DNA of 64,000 nt from assembly GCA_021846505.1 (NCBI GenBank), contig JAJZWV010000004.1, positions 4,074 through 68,073 on the forward strand. The letters run 5' to 3'. Below, piece by piece: positions 55,433 through 63,501 of the stretch. The position numbers were made by a program, and so were the translations under genes. Origin of the DNA: Bacillota bacterium. Lineage in GTDB: Bacteria > Bacillota > Sulfobacillia > Sulfobacillales > JAIMBI01. The stretch's first letter is position 1. Each line of letters starts with the position of its first letter. The notes beneath the pieces are model-generated. The model was not told where the DNA came from, made no database searches, and was given only the letters and a program-made list of their open reading frames with translations.

Positions 55433-56214
55433 CCGACCGCCTGGACGTGGTTCGCCTGCTCGACGGGCTGCCGTTTGCGCTGATGCCCGAGGCACCCGAC
55501 GTGGGGGTGGCCGGGGTGCGGGGCCTCAAAGGCGGGATGCCGGTGCCGCAGGCCAATCTGGTGGGATTGGTGCGCCTCGGCTCCCCAGGCGCGGACGCGG
55601 CCATTTCTGCGGTGCAGCGCGTGTTCAGCGACGTGCCGTACACCTGGGTGGTGGGCCCCGAGAGCACGCCGGCGGATTTGGGCGATCGGCTGCTGGCCGC
55701 CGGTCTGTCGCCGGGGCCGGAGCTGGAGGGGCTGGTGTTCGCCGACTGGGATCATGTGCCGCAGGCGCCGGCCGGCCTTAACGTGCGGCTAGCAGCGGCC
55801 AGTGACGTGGCCGCTCACGCCGAAGCGCTGGCCGCGGCTTATGGCATGGGTATGACGGCAGCTGCGCTGGCGGCCAGCATGGCGAGCTTGCTGGCCGGGC
55901 CGCTGCCCACCGAGGGCTACTTGGTGTGGTCCGCGGAGGCCGAGGCCCCGGTGGGGTTTGGCACGCTGTCGTGGCTTGCTCCCAATGTGGCGCTGCTGAA
56001 TGGCTCCGCCACTGTGCCGCCGTTTCGAGGCCGCGGCGCGTATCGTGCGCTGGCGGCCGCGCGCCTGGACTCAGCGCGTCAGCGCGGGGCGGCGGTGGTG
56101 CTGGTGGCGGCGGTGGCGGACACGGCCGCGCCCATTTGCCGCCGGCTGGGCTTCTCGCCGGTGTGCCGCATCCGCCAGTACCTCGGCAATGGGGCGCTCG
56201 CGGCCAGCGGGTAG
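55429..56214 (+). CDS. GNAT family N-acetyltransferase
   Basis: C-terminal acetyl-CoA motif VPPFRGRGAYRALAAARLDSARQRGAAVVLV...ICRRLGFSPV; ATGA overlap with the asparaginase-family gene. Confidence 0.75.
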   Translation: MTDRLDVVRLLDGLPFALMPEAPDVGVAGVRGLKGGMPVPQANLVGLVRLGSPGADAAISAVQRVFSDVPYTWVVGPESTPADLGDRLLAAGLSPGPELEGLVFADWDHVPQAPAGLNVRLAAASDVAAHAEALAAAYGMGMTAAALAASMASLLAGPLPTEGYLVWSAEAEAPVGFGTLSWLAPNVALLNGSATVPPFRGRGAYRALAAARLDSARQRGAAVVLVAAVADTAAPICRRLGFSPVCRIRQYLGNGALAASG

Positions 56215-56642
56215 GGACGGGGTGGCGGCGGCGGGTGGTGTGCACGGGCCGCTGCATCACGGCATGGTCTCGGGTGCCGGCGTGCCGCCTCGGCCGCGGG
56301 CAGGCCGCGCGCCTTGGGCGAGGCGCTGTCTCCCACCGTTCGTGCCAAACGGAGGGGTCGCGCTGGAACGGCGGAATCGGTGGGCGCGCAGCATCACGCC
56401 GCAGCGAGCGGCCCTTCGACCGCACGGGGGCCGAGCAGTCCTCGCGGGTCATGCCGCGGCCTGGGACTTCACGTGTTGGAGGCGGAGCGGCAGGAAGGCA
56501 TGGGCTGCGGGCCGGTCGACAGGCAGTGGAGAAGGCCGCCGAGCCGGAGACCTGCGGCGACTCATGGCGGGCACCGCCGGCTGGTGGGGTCCCGACCGGT
56601 TCTCAGGAGTTGTTCACCCAGCGATCACGCAAGGAGGCGCGG

Positions 56643-57545
56643 ATGTTGACGAAGATTATTTTGGTAGGGACCGTTCCTGAGGCCGGGCCGCGGGCCGTTC
56701 GCTGGGACCTCGCCTGGCCCCTGCTGCTGCCGGAGGCCGTGGGCGATGTGCCGGCGGGGCATGGCCAGGCGGTGGTGCCGCTGGCGCGCTGGTTCTGGGA
56801 AGCGATGGGGCGCCTGGCCGGGCGGCTCAAGCCGGACGGACCCGAGGCCGTGTGGTGCGTCGTGCCCCCGCTGACCCCGGCCGCGGAGGACCTGGTCATT
56901 CGCCTGGCGTCGTTTTGGTCGGATGTGGTCTTGGACCATCGCCAGGGACCCCGCACGGACAACTGCTGGCGGCCCCCGCTGGTGAATGTGCTGGGGGCGG
57001 GGCAGCCGACAGCGGCCGAGGAGCGGCTGTGGGAAGCGTATGGCCCCGATGAGTTGGCGCGCTATGCGATGCCCCTGCTGGGCGTGGGCCGGGCGTTCAT
57101 GCGCGTGGAGGTGCTGCCCCCCCACAGCGCCACGGCTCGGCTGCACAGCCATTCGGCGGTCGATGAATACTACCTGGTGCTGGCCGGGCGGGCCCTGCTG
57201 CGGATGGGGTCCCACGAGGTGGAAGTGGGGCCGGGGTCGCTCATTGGCAAGCCCACGGGGCCCGACCTGACCAGCCACCTGGTGGCCTCGCTGGGCGAGG
57301 GGGTCACCGTGCTGGACATCGAAGTGTGGCCCGACCGAGAGTTTCGCACCAAGGATATAGTCGCCTACCCCGACCAGCGCGAGGTGCTGTGGCGGGGGGA
57401 GGGGTGGCGCGGTGCCCACGTCCTCTCGGCCTTAGGCTCCTCCGATGACCTGATCCAGCACTATGATGACGGCTATGCCCGCCAAGACGACGGCAGCTGG
57501 CGGCCTCGGGACATTCCCGGGACGGAGCCGCGAAAGCCTGACTGA
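56643..57545 (+). CDS. Cupin-domain protein with uncharacterised about 170-aa N-terminal region
   Basis: AAGGAGG SD before ATG 56643; cupin motif HSHSAVDEYYLVLAGRALLRMGSHEVEVGPGSLIGKP; the track ORF's upstream 239 codons look non-coding. Confidence 0.75.
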   Translation: MLTKIILVGTVPEAGPRAVRWDLAWPLLLPEAVGDVPAGHGQAVVPLARWFWEAMGRLAGRLKPDGPEAVWCVVPPLTPAAEDLVIRLASFWSDVVLDHRQGPRTDNCWRPPLVNVLGAGQPTAAEERLWEAYGPDELARYAMPLLGVGRAFMRVEVLPPHSATARLHSHSAVDEYYLVLAGRALLRMGSHEVEVGPGSLIGKPTGPDLTSHLVASLGEGVTVLDIEVWPDREFRTKDIVAYPDQREVLWRGEGWRGAHVLSALGSSDDLIQHYDDGYARQDDGSWRPRDIPGTEPRKPD

Positions 57546-57653
57546 TAGCACGGCCACTGCCTCGCCCCCCGTGCGGCCAGCTTGCGAAAGTGCTATCCCA
57601 GGCGGTGGGAGATGAGGCGGCTCCGGGCCATGGCGACTTGTGACCTTGAGTGT

Positions 57654-57668
57654 TTGACACCATGGTGT
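57654..57668 (+). promoter_or_regulatory. TTGACA hexamer overlapping a perfect 12-bp palindrome (candidate vapBC promoter/operator)
   Basis: TTGACA 57654-57659; ACACCATGGTGT 57657-57668 is its own reverse complement; 34 nt upstream of the antitoxin ATG. Confidence 0.45.
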
Positions 57669-57701
57669 AAATCCCTCGCGATAGCCTTAAGGGGGTGGCG
57701 C

Positions 57702-57902
57702 ATGGAGAAGCCAGGGCCGGGGCGCTCGCGGCTGGACGTCGATGTCCCAGCGGACACTCGCCGGCGGGTGCGCGTGGCGGCCGCTCAGGAAGATGTCACG
57801 ATTCAGGAATACGTCGTGAAAAGCTTGGAGCGAGCGCTGAGCGAGCGGGAAGCGCTCGACGAAGCGGATGCCCGCGACGATGCCCAGCGCCTCTTGGACT
57901 GA
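57702..57902 (+). CDS. vapB: Ribbon-helix-helix antitoxin (VapB-like), N-terminal DNA-binding part ending at an in-frame TGA
   Basis: RLDVDVPADTRRRVRVAAAQEDVTIQEYVVKSLERAL (RHH pattern). After TGA 57900-57902 the same frame continues for 31 codons (LRATRGRVFRGGMLSDDSVDIIRASRERNAR) to a TGA overlapping the vapC ATG. Confidence 0.7.
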   Translation: MEKPGPGRSRLDVDVPADTRRRVRVAAAQEDVTIQEYVVKSLERALSEREALDEADARDDAQRLLD

Positions 57903-57994
57903 TTGCGGGCAACCCGGGGCCGCGTCTTTCGCGGCGGCATGCTGTCCGATGACTCGGTCGACATCATCCGAGCGTCGCGGGAGCGGAACGCGCG

Positions 57995-58456
57995 ATGACC
58001 TCAGCGGGGGCGCTCGGACGCTTGGTGGTGGTGGATGCCAGTCCGGCGGTGAAGTGGGTGCTGAACGAGGCAGGGTCCGACGCGGCCCTGGCACTTCTTG
58101 AGGAGTGGGTGCGCGCCGGAGTGGAGATGGTGGCCCCGCCGCTTCTTTCGTATGAGGTGGCAAGCGTGCTGCACCAGCGCGTCCGGCGCGGCACCCTGGC
58201 GCCGGCTGACGCCTTGGCGCTGTGGGATGACTTCCAGACCATCCCGCTTTCCTATCAGACGAATCCCGGCGACCTCGTCGGCGCCGCCATCGCGCTGGCA
58301 CACCGGCTGGGATTGCCCGCGGCCTATGATGCGGCCTATCTCGCGCTGGCCGAAGCGCGGGAGGCGGTCCTGTGGACCGCGGATCGGAAGCTGGGCGAGC
58401 ACGTGGCCGCCTCGGGGCACCGGTCCGGGTCCGTCGAAGTGCTGGCCTACGAGTGA
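57995..58456 (+). CDS. vapC: PIN-domain toxin VapC
   Basis: LVVVDASPAVKWVLNE...AYDAAYLALAEAREAVLWTADRKL; acidic PIN residues present; ATGA overlap with the end of the antitoxin reading frame. Confidence 0.88.
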   Translation: MTSAGALGRLVVVDASPAVKWVLNEAGSDAALALLEEWVRAGVEMVAPPLLSYEVASVLHQRVRRGTLAPADALALWDDFQTIPLSYQTNPGDLVGAAIALAHRLGLPAAYDAAYLALAEAREAVLWTADRKLGEHVAASGHRSGSVEVLAYE

Positions 58457-58481
58457 GGAGCGAAGCCGCCGCGAGTGCTGC

Positions 58482-59312
58482 CTATCCGCGAATGTGGGCC
58501 ACGATGTCTGCGATGGCCGCTGCCTTGGCTTTTGGATAGAGGGATCCGCGCCGCGCGGCCAACTCGGGCCCGCAGCGGGCCATCAGGGCCATCAGGCGAG
58601 CGAGCGCGTCCCACATCGCCGGGGCCTCGAGGCGGGTGACCGTGTGCGACAGCTCGGCCAGCACGTCCGCGGGCAGATCGGCCTCGACGTCTGACCAGCT
58701 CCAGTCGGCGCGGGGCGAGGCATGTGCCACCCGCCAGGCCTTGAGAAACTGCGCGCGCCGGCTTTCGAGGAACCACAGCGCCGTCCACAGCTGGCCCCGC
58801 TTCAGGTACTTGGCACAGAGGGGACTTCCCATCCAAAACATGCGCACCGCATCGTCAAACGGGTCGGTCGCGACCGTCACCGCCGGGTACGGGGACGGGT
58901 CCGCGCTGGCAGCCGGCTCGCCGGCGCGCCACAGCCGCACGGCGCCGGGTGCGGCCGCGCCATCGGCCTGGACCCAGGTCAGATCGAGGTACACGCCCGT
59001 CCCGTACCAGGCGGCGTAGCTCAGCACGGGAGACGCGGGCGGCGCGAACTGGTGGTCCAGGTCCATCGCCATCGGCACGGCTGAGGCGGCCAGCTGGCGG
59101 CGCCGCTCCCACACAGTGCGCCAAGCCTCTGCCGCCACGACCACCCGCAGGTCAAGGTCCGAATAGGTGTCGCCGGTGCCGCGGGCCCAGGATCCTTCAA
59201 GCCAAATGGCCCAAATGCCTGGCTGGCGGGTAAAATTCGCCACCACGCCGTCCCAGACCGATCGATGAGGCGCAGGGAGCGCGGCCAGGCGGAGACGGTG
59301 GCTCTCTGGCAT
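58482..59312 (-). CDS. Nucleotidyltransferase-domain protein (ANT/KNTase-like)
   Basis: IWLEGSWARGTGDTYSDLDLRVVV (GS...D.D NTase motif); AAGGAG SD favours ATG 59312 over the track start 59327. Confidence 0.7.
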   Translation of the reverse strand: MPESHRLRLAALPAPHRSVWDGVVANFTRQPGIWAIWLEGSWARGTGDTYSDLDLRVVVAAEAWRTVWERRRQLAASAVPMAMDLDHQFAPPASPVLSYAAWYGTGVYLDLTWVQADGAAAPGAVRLWRAGEPAASADPSPYPAVTVATDPFDDAVRMFWMGSPLCAKYLKRGQLWTALWFLESRRAQFLKAWRVAHASPRADWSWSDVEADLPADVLAELSHTVTRLEAPAMWDALARLMALMARCGPELAARRGSLYPKAKAAAIADIVAHIRG

Positions 59313-59408
59313 CGCCATCTCCTTCATAGGCGTGTCTGCTCGGGCGATGGCGCCCGCGCAAGCGGCCGGGCCGGAGTGTGAAGCTCTGGCCCGGCTTCGC
59401 GAAACCCG

Positions 59409-61031
59409 CTAGGCGGGTGCACCTGGGGGCAGCACTGTCACCAGGGTTCCGTAGTGGACGTCGTGATAAACGGTCGATGCCACTGTCAGCGGCAGTTCCA
59501 CGCACCCTAGGCTCTGGGGGAACCCGTAGGCGGCCCGTGGGTATCCGTGCACAGCATCGCCACCGCTGAAGTAGTTGATCCAATGCACCGGGACCGCATA
59601 TGGGGTGCCGTTGGGATCGGTGCCCCGCATGATCTGGAACTGCAGCCGCTCGTAAATCGGATAGGTGCCCAAAGACGTGGGGGTCTGAGGAATCCCGGTG
59701 TTGGTGGGCGTGGTCAAAACCCGCTGGCCGTTGACCCACACCTGAAGGGTTTCGGGAAGAGTCTCCGAGGCCAAGATGTAGCTGTACCCGTCCGGGCTCT
59801 GCTGGTGGCTGAGCCATGCGTGCTCCAACGCGTACCACACCTTGCCGGTGGCTACGCCGGTGACCGCCATGCCACTGACCCGCTGGAATTGCATCAGGGC
59901 GCCCTGGGTCATGGCGTTGAACACCCCGGGCTGCCACAGTGCCGTCAGCGGAGCGGGCAGTGTCGTCCAGCGCCAGCTGAAGCTGCCGGTCCCCTTCTGC
60001 CAAATGGCCGGTGAGTTGGTGCTGGGTGTCGAGCCGGATTGCTTCCATGTCACCGGCAGGTAGCCCAGCGCCGCGAGCCACTGCTGCATCCGCGTGACGG
60101 ACCCGGCGGTGACCGTGGTTTTCCCCTGCCACGCCTTTGCCAGATACGTCCCAGAGTGGCCGCGAGCCCCGTGAGGGCCGCCGGGAATGGTGACCGTCAC
60201 GTGAGATCCGGGCGGGAAGCCCGAGCCGGAGGGCGTGAACCGATATTGGCTCGCGCTGATTGTTTTCCAGGCGCCCGGAATGTTAGGGGAGACGGTCCAC
60301 TGAGACGGCTGGGCGTTCACCAGCGGCTGGCTGAACTGCACCACCAGCGACCCGGTGGGCGTGATGGTGGTGGCATTGGTGGCGCTGGCCGTCAAATAGG
60401 GCGGTGTCCGCCAGCGCATGGTGAGGGTACTGGTGGACCGCTCCCACGTCCGGCGCAGGGCTTCCAGCGTGATGCGCCCACTTTGTCCGGGCTTCAAGTT
60501 GGTGTTTGCAAGCGTCACCGGGCCCGTGTGCCACGGCTGCCAGCCTGCCTGGCCGCGAATGCGCCACCGGGCCACGGTGCCGCCCAGCGGCACCACGGTG
60601 TGGGCCGCCGTGAGCGAGCGCAGCACGGCGTGCTGCGGTGCCACGGGCGCTCCAGGTGTCACGGCGGTCCACTGCGCCTGCTGCTGGTACCCCGGCAGCC
60701 ACGACAGCAGGCCCGGTCCCGAGGCCGTGCCCGTGACGGTGACGGCGGCGTGGGAGGGTACGGGGCCTGCCGGCCACAGCCGCCCACCCGCGTCGCGCGC
60801 GGCCACCTGGCCGCCCGGCCACCTGATGCGCACATCGGTGAGCGACGCCCCCAGGCTGCTGCTGTTCACGCGGGCGAGCCCGGTTCTGCTGGCGGACAAG
60901 CTCACCCGTGGATAGCAGGCCGCGGCCAGCAGCACTACCACCGCTCCTCCGGCCGCATATGGCCAAGCCCGTGGGCTTCCTCCCTGGACGCGCGATCGGC
61001 GCGCCGCCATCGCGTGATTTCCGCCTGCCAT
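59409..61031 (-). CDS. Secreted L,D-transpeptidase (YkuD domain) with peptidoglycan-binding repeats
   Basis: N-terminal anchor AVVVLLAAACY; PG-binding-like MQQWLAALGYLPVTW and ALMQFQRVSGMAVTG; C-terminal YkuD core INYFSGGDAVHGYP...SLGCVELP. Confidence 0.88.
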   Translation of the reverse strand: MAGGNHAMAARRSRVQGGSPRAWPYAAGGAVVVLLAAACYPRVSLSASRTGLARVNSSSLGASLTDVRIRWPGGQVAARDAGGRLWPAGPVPSHAAVTVTGTASGPGLLSWLPGYQQQAQWTAVTPGAPVAPQHAVLRSLTAAHTVVPLGGTVARWRIRGQAGWQPWHTGPVTLANTNLKPGQSGRITLEALRRTWERSTSTLTMRWRTPPYLTASATNATTITPTGSLVVQFSQPLVNAQPSQWTVSPNIPGAWKTISASQYRFTPSGSGFPPGSHVTVTIPGGPHGARGHSGTYLAKAWQGKTTVTAGSVTRMQQWLAALGYLPVTWKQSGSTPSTNSPAIWQKGTGSFSWRWTTLPAPLTALWQPGVFNAMTQGALMQFQRVSGMAVTGVATGKVWYALEHAWLSHQQSPDGYSYILASETLPETLQVWVNGQRVLTTPTNTGIPQTPTSLGTYPIYERLQFQIMRGTDPNGTPYAVPVHWINYFSGGDAVHGYPRAAYGFPQSLGCVELPLTVASTVYHDVHYGTLVTVLPPGAPA

Positions 61032-61128
61032 CTGTCATCCCCCCATCCGGACCAGCCGACATATTGCTTGCCGACCCTACGCAAAAGCCAAGTATTGCCA
61101 GGTAACCTTTCGAGATCTGAGCTTAACA

Positions 61129-62589
61129 CTACCCGGGGGCCAGCGCGTTCCAGATCAAGCCAGAAATCGCGTTAGCCGTATCAATTCCGTACTGCTCCCC
61201 GGGATCTTGGTTCGAGAGGATAGCAATTGCATAGTTGCGGCCGTCCCCGCTCACCCAGCCGATACTGTTGATGACCCACCCGGAGGGCCGGGGCAGCCAC
61301 CCATTCTTTAACGCCACCGTGACGCCGCTGGGTACACCTCCGGTCACACCCCATGCTTCCCAGCTCGTGACATGCTCCATCAGCGACAGCTCATAGCTGC
61401 GCGAGGCCGAGCTGAGCACCGGGGTGCCATACGCCAGCGCCGACATCAGTTTGACTTGGTCGGGCGCGGTCGTTTTGGTGAGGCCCCACGCCAGATTGGG
61501 CGTCGTGCTGCCCATGCCCAGTGCGTGGACGAAGCTGGCGACGGCGGGCGCACCGCCTTCCGCATTCCACAGCGCGGTGGCATCACTGTTGTTGCTGTAT
61601 TCAATCATGGGCACGGCCAGGTTTTGCTGCGCCGCCGTGAGCGTCGTGTGCTGGGCCTGGGCCTGGTCGAGCAGGGTGCCCAAGATCGATGCCTTGATGA
61701 TGCTGGCCGTGTCAAACTGCGCGCGGCCATTGACGGCAAAGCTTTGCTGCGTCGCGGCATCATAGACGGCCACCGCCACATTGCCCTGCCGGCCGTCCAA
61801 ATAGTGCTGAATGGCTGCAGGCAAGGCACCCATGCCCTGCGGATCCAGCAGCGCCGCGGCCGCGGCAATGGCACTTTGAAGCGCAGGCTGGGCGCTTTGG
61901 AGCTGGCTCAGCACCGAGGACAGCTGGGCAAGCTGCACGGCCGGCGGCTGATTGCGAAACTGCTTCACCGCGTCGAGGGCCGTGTCGGCGGCGTCCGTGG
62001 AAACCCCCAGCTGCTGGGCCCGGGTGACCAGCGCCTCCAGCCGAGCCTGTTGGGTGGCCACCTGGGCGGGCAGCCCGTCCTGCTCGGGGCCGCCGGCGGC
62101 TTGGAGCGCGGTCACTTGCGACTGGAACTGCGACGCCTCGGCGCTCCATCGGCTGGCCAGCTGATGCAGCGCCGTGGGAGTGGTGGCTTGGTGCAGCTCC
62201 TTCTCCCGCAGAGCCTGCCGCCCGGTGCTGAACTGACCCTCCACTTGGGTCAGGTGGGTGAGTTGGGCCGCCGCTTGAGATTGGGCCGTGCTGGTGGCCA
62301 AAGACATCAGGCGGGTCGTGTCCGCTTTCAGCCGCTTGACCGGGGCGGCTAGATAACCCGGAATCCAGGGGGCGGGCACCGGGCCCCACGCCTGGTGGGT
62401 GAGAGCCTCCAGCCTCGAGGCGACAGGGGCGAGTGCCCGGGCCGCCAGCCCCGCCTTCACATCCTGGTGCCACTGGGACTCCAGGTGCGCGGACTGCCGC
62501 TGGAATGCGTCCACGCTCTGATGTGCCACTTCGGCTCCCGCCGACCCCAGCAGCAGCACCGATGCCAGTACTCCGTATCCCCAATGCAT
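61129..62589 (-). CDS. Class A beta-lactamase-related serine hydrolase with long N-terminal coiled-coil-like region
   Basis: Signal MHWGYGVLASVLLLGSAGA; about 230 aa Gln/Ala/Leu-rich region; catalytic-type motifs SIIK (SxxK), SNN (SDN-like), KNG (KTG-like). Confidence 0.8.
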   Translation of the reverse strand: MHWGYGVLASVLLLGSAGAEVAHQSVDAFQRQSAHLESQWHQDVKAGLAARALAPVASRLEALTHQAWGPVPAPWIPGYLAAPVKRLKADTTRLMSLATSTAQSQAAAQLTHLTQVEGQFSTGRQALREKELHQATTPTALHQLASRWSAEASQFQSQVTALQAAGGPEQDGLPAQVATQQARLEALVTRAQQLGVSTDAADTALDAVKQFRNQPPAVQLAQLSSVLSQLQSAQPALQSAIAAAAALLDPQGMGALPAAIQHYLDGRQGNVAVAVYDAATQQSFAVNGRAQFDTASIIKASILGTLLDQAQAQHTTLTAAQQNLAVPMIEYSNNSDATALWNAEGGAPAVASFVHALGMGSTTPNLAWGLTKTTAPDQVKLMSALAYGTPVLSSASRSYELSLMEHVTSWEAWGVTGGVPSGVTVALKNGWLPRPSGWVINSIGWVSGDGRNYAIAILSNQDPGEQYGIDTANAISGLIWNALAPG

Positions 62590-62757
62590 ATAGGCGCCCC
62601 CGGGCAGTACATAGATTTAGGACCTCATCCCAAGAAACGTTTGGAGGAGGTTCCAGGTTACAAGTCGCGGAAAGCGCTAGCGGAAGGGGCCGTGGATGCA
62701 GTCGACCGGCACGCCTTGGGCGTCAGGCGTGCCGACTTGCGGGTGAGGGAGGCGGAG

Positions 62758-63501
62758 TCAGACCATGGTGAGGCCGCCGGAGACCGACACCACTTGCCCC
62801 GTGATGTACGCCGCATCCGGCCCCGCCAGAAAGCACACCGTGCCCGCGATGTCGTCGGGCTCGGCCACGCGCCGGAGCGGAATCCGGCGAATCATGCGCT
62901 CAATGCGCGCCGCCGCGTCAGGCCCCGCCATGTTTTCCTCCAGCACGCGGGTGTTGGTGGGGCCGGGAGCCACGGCGTTGAGCCGGATGCTGTGGCGCGC
63001 CATCTCCTGCGCCAGCGACTTGGTCAGCGCCACCACGCCGGCTTTGGCGGCGGCATAGACGGCCTCACCGGCCATGCCGACCCGACCGGCATCCGAGACG
63101 ACGCTGACAATGGCGCCGCCCTGGCCCTGGGCGACCATGGCGGCCAGGGCCACCTGGGTGCTCATCAGGACGGCGCCCAGGTTGATGGCCAGGACTCGGT
63201 CCCAATATTCAGGCGCCTCATCGAGAAACGGCGTGGTGAGGGTCCATCCGGCATTGTTGACCAGAATGTCGAGGCCGCCCAGATGGTCTCGCGCGGCCTC
63301 GATCAGCTGGCGATTGGTGGAGGCATCGGCCAGGTCGCCCCAAAGCGGCCAAGCGGCGGGGCCCAGCTGACTGGCCGCCGCCTCGGCGCTGTCCCGGTGC
63401 TGCGCCAGCACCACCACCTGGGACCCGGTGGCGATGAGGCGCCGCGCCACCGCGAGCCCAATGCCGCGGCCGGCGCCCGTGACGATGGCCCGCGCGCTCA
63501 C
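62758..63501 (-). CDS. SDR family oxidoreductase (FabG-like)
   Basis: AIVTGAGRGIGLAVARRL, NNAG, YAAAKAGVVALTKSLA; GTGA overlap with the upstream CoA-transferase stop favours GTG 63501 over the track start 63525. Confidence 0.92.
   Translation of the reverse strand: MSARAIVTGAGRGIGLAVARRLIATGSQVVVLAQHRDSAEAAASQLGPAAWPLWGDLADASTNRQLIEAARDHLGGLDILVNNAGWTLTTPFLDEAPEYWDRVLAINLGAVLMSTQVALAAMVAQGQGGAIVSVVSDAGRVGMAGEAVYAAAKAGVVALTKSLAQEMARHSIRLNAVAPGPTNTRVLEENMAGPDAAARIERMIRRIPLRRVAEPDDIAGTVCFLAGPDAAYITGQVVSVSGGLTMV

Noticed and set aside
55926-56642. 239-codon N-terminal extension of the cupin ORF in the track (539 aa)
   Set aside because: The upstream part overlaps the GNAT gene in another frame and is Gly/Arg/Ala low-complexity. 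A strong AAGGAGG SD precedes the internal ATG 56643, so the short form was adopted.
57900-57935. In-frame TGA in vapB as a selenocysteine codon with the downstream hairpin as a SECIS
   Set aside because: The hairpin has only a 6-bp stem and a 5-nt loop, far smaller than bacterial SECIS elements. The position is a linker of an antitoxin, not a redox site, and no selenoprotein context exists. It is kept only as a nonsense-mutation or readthrough question.
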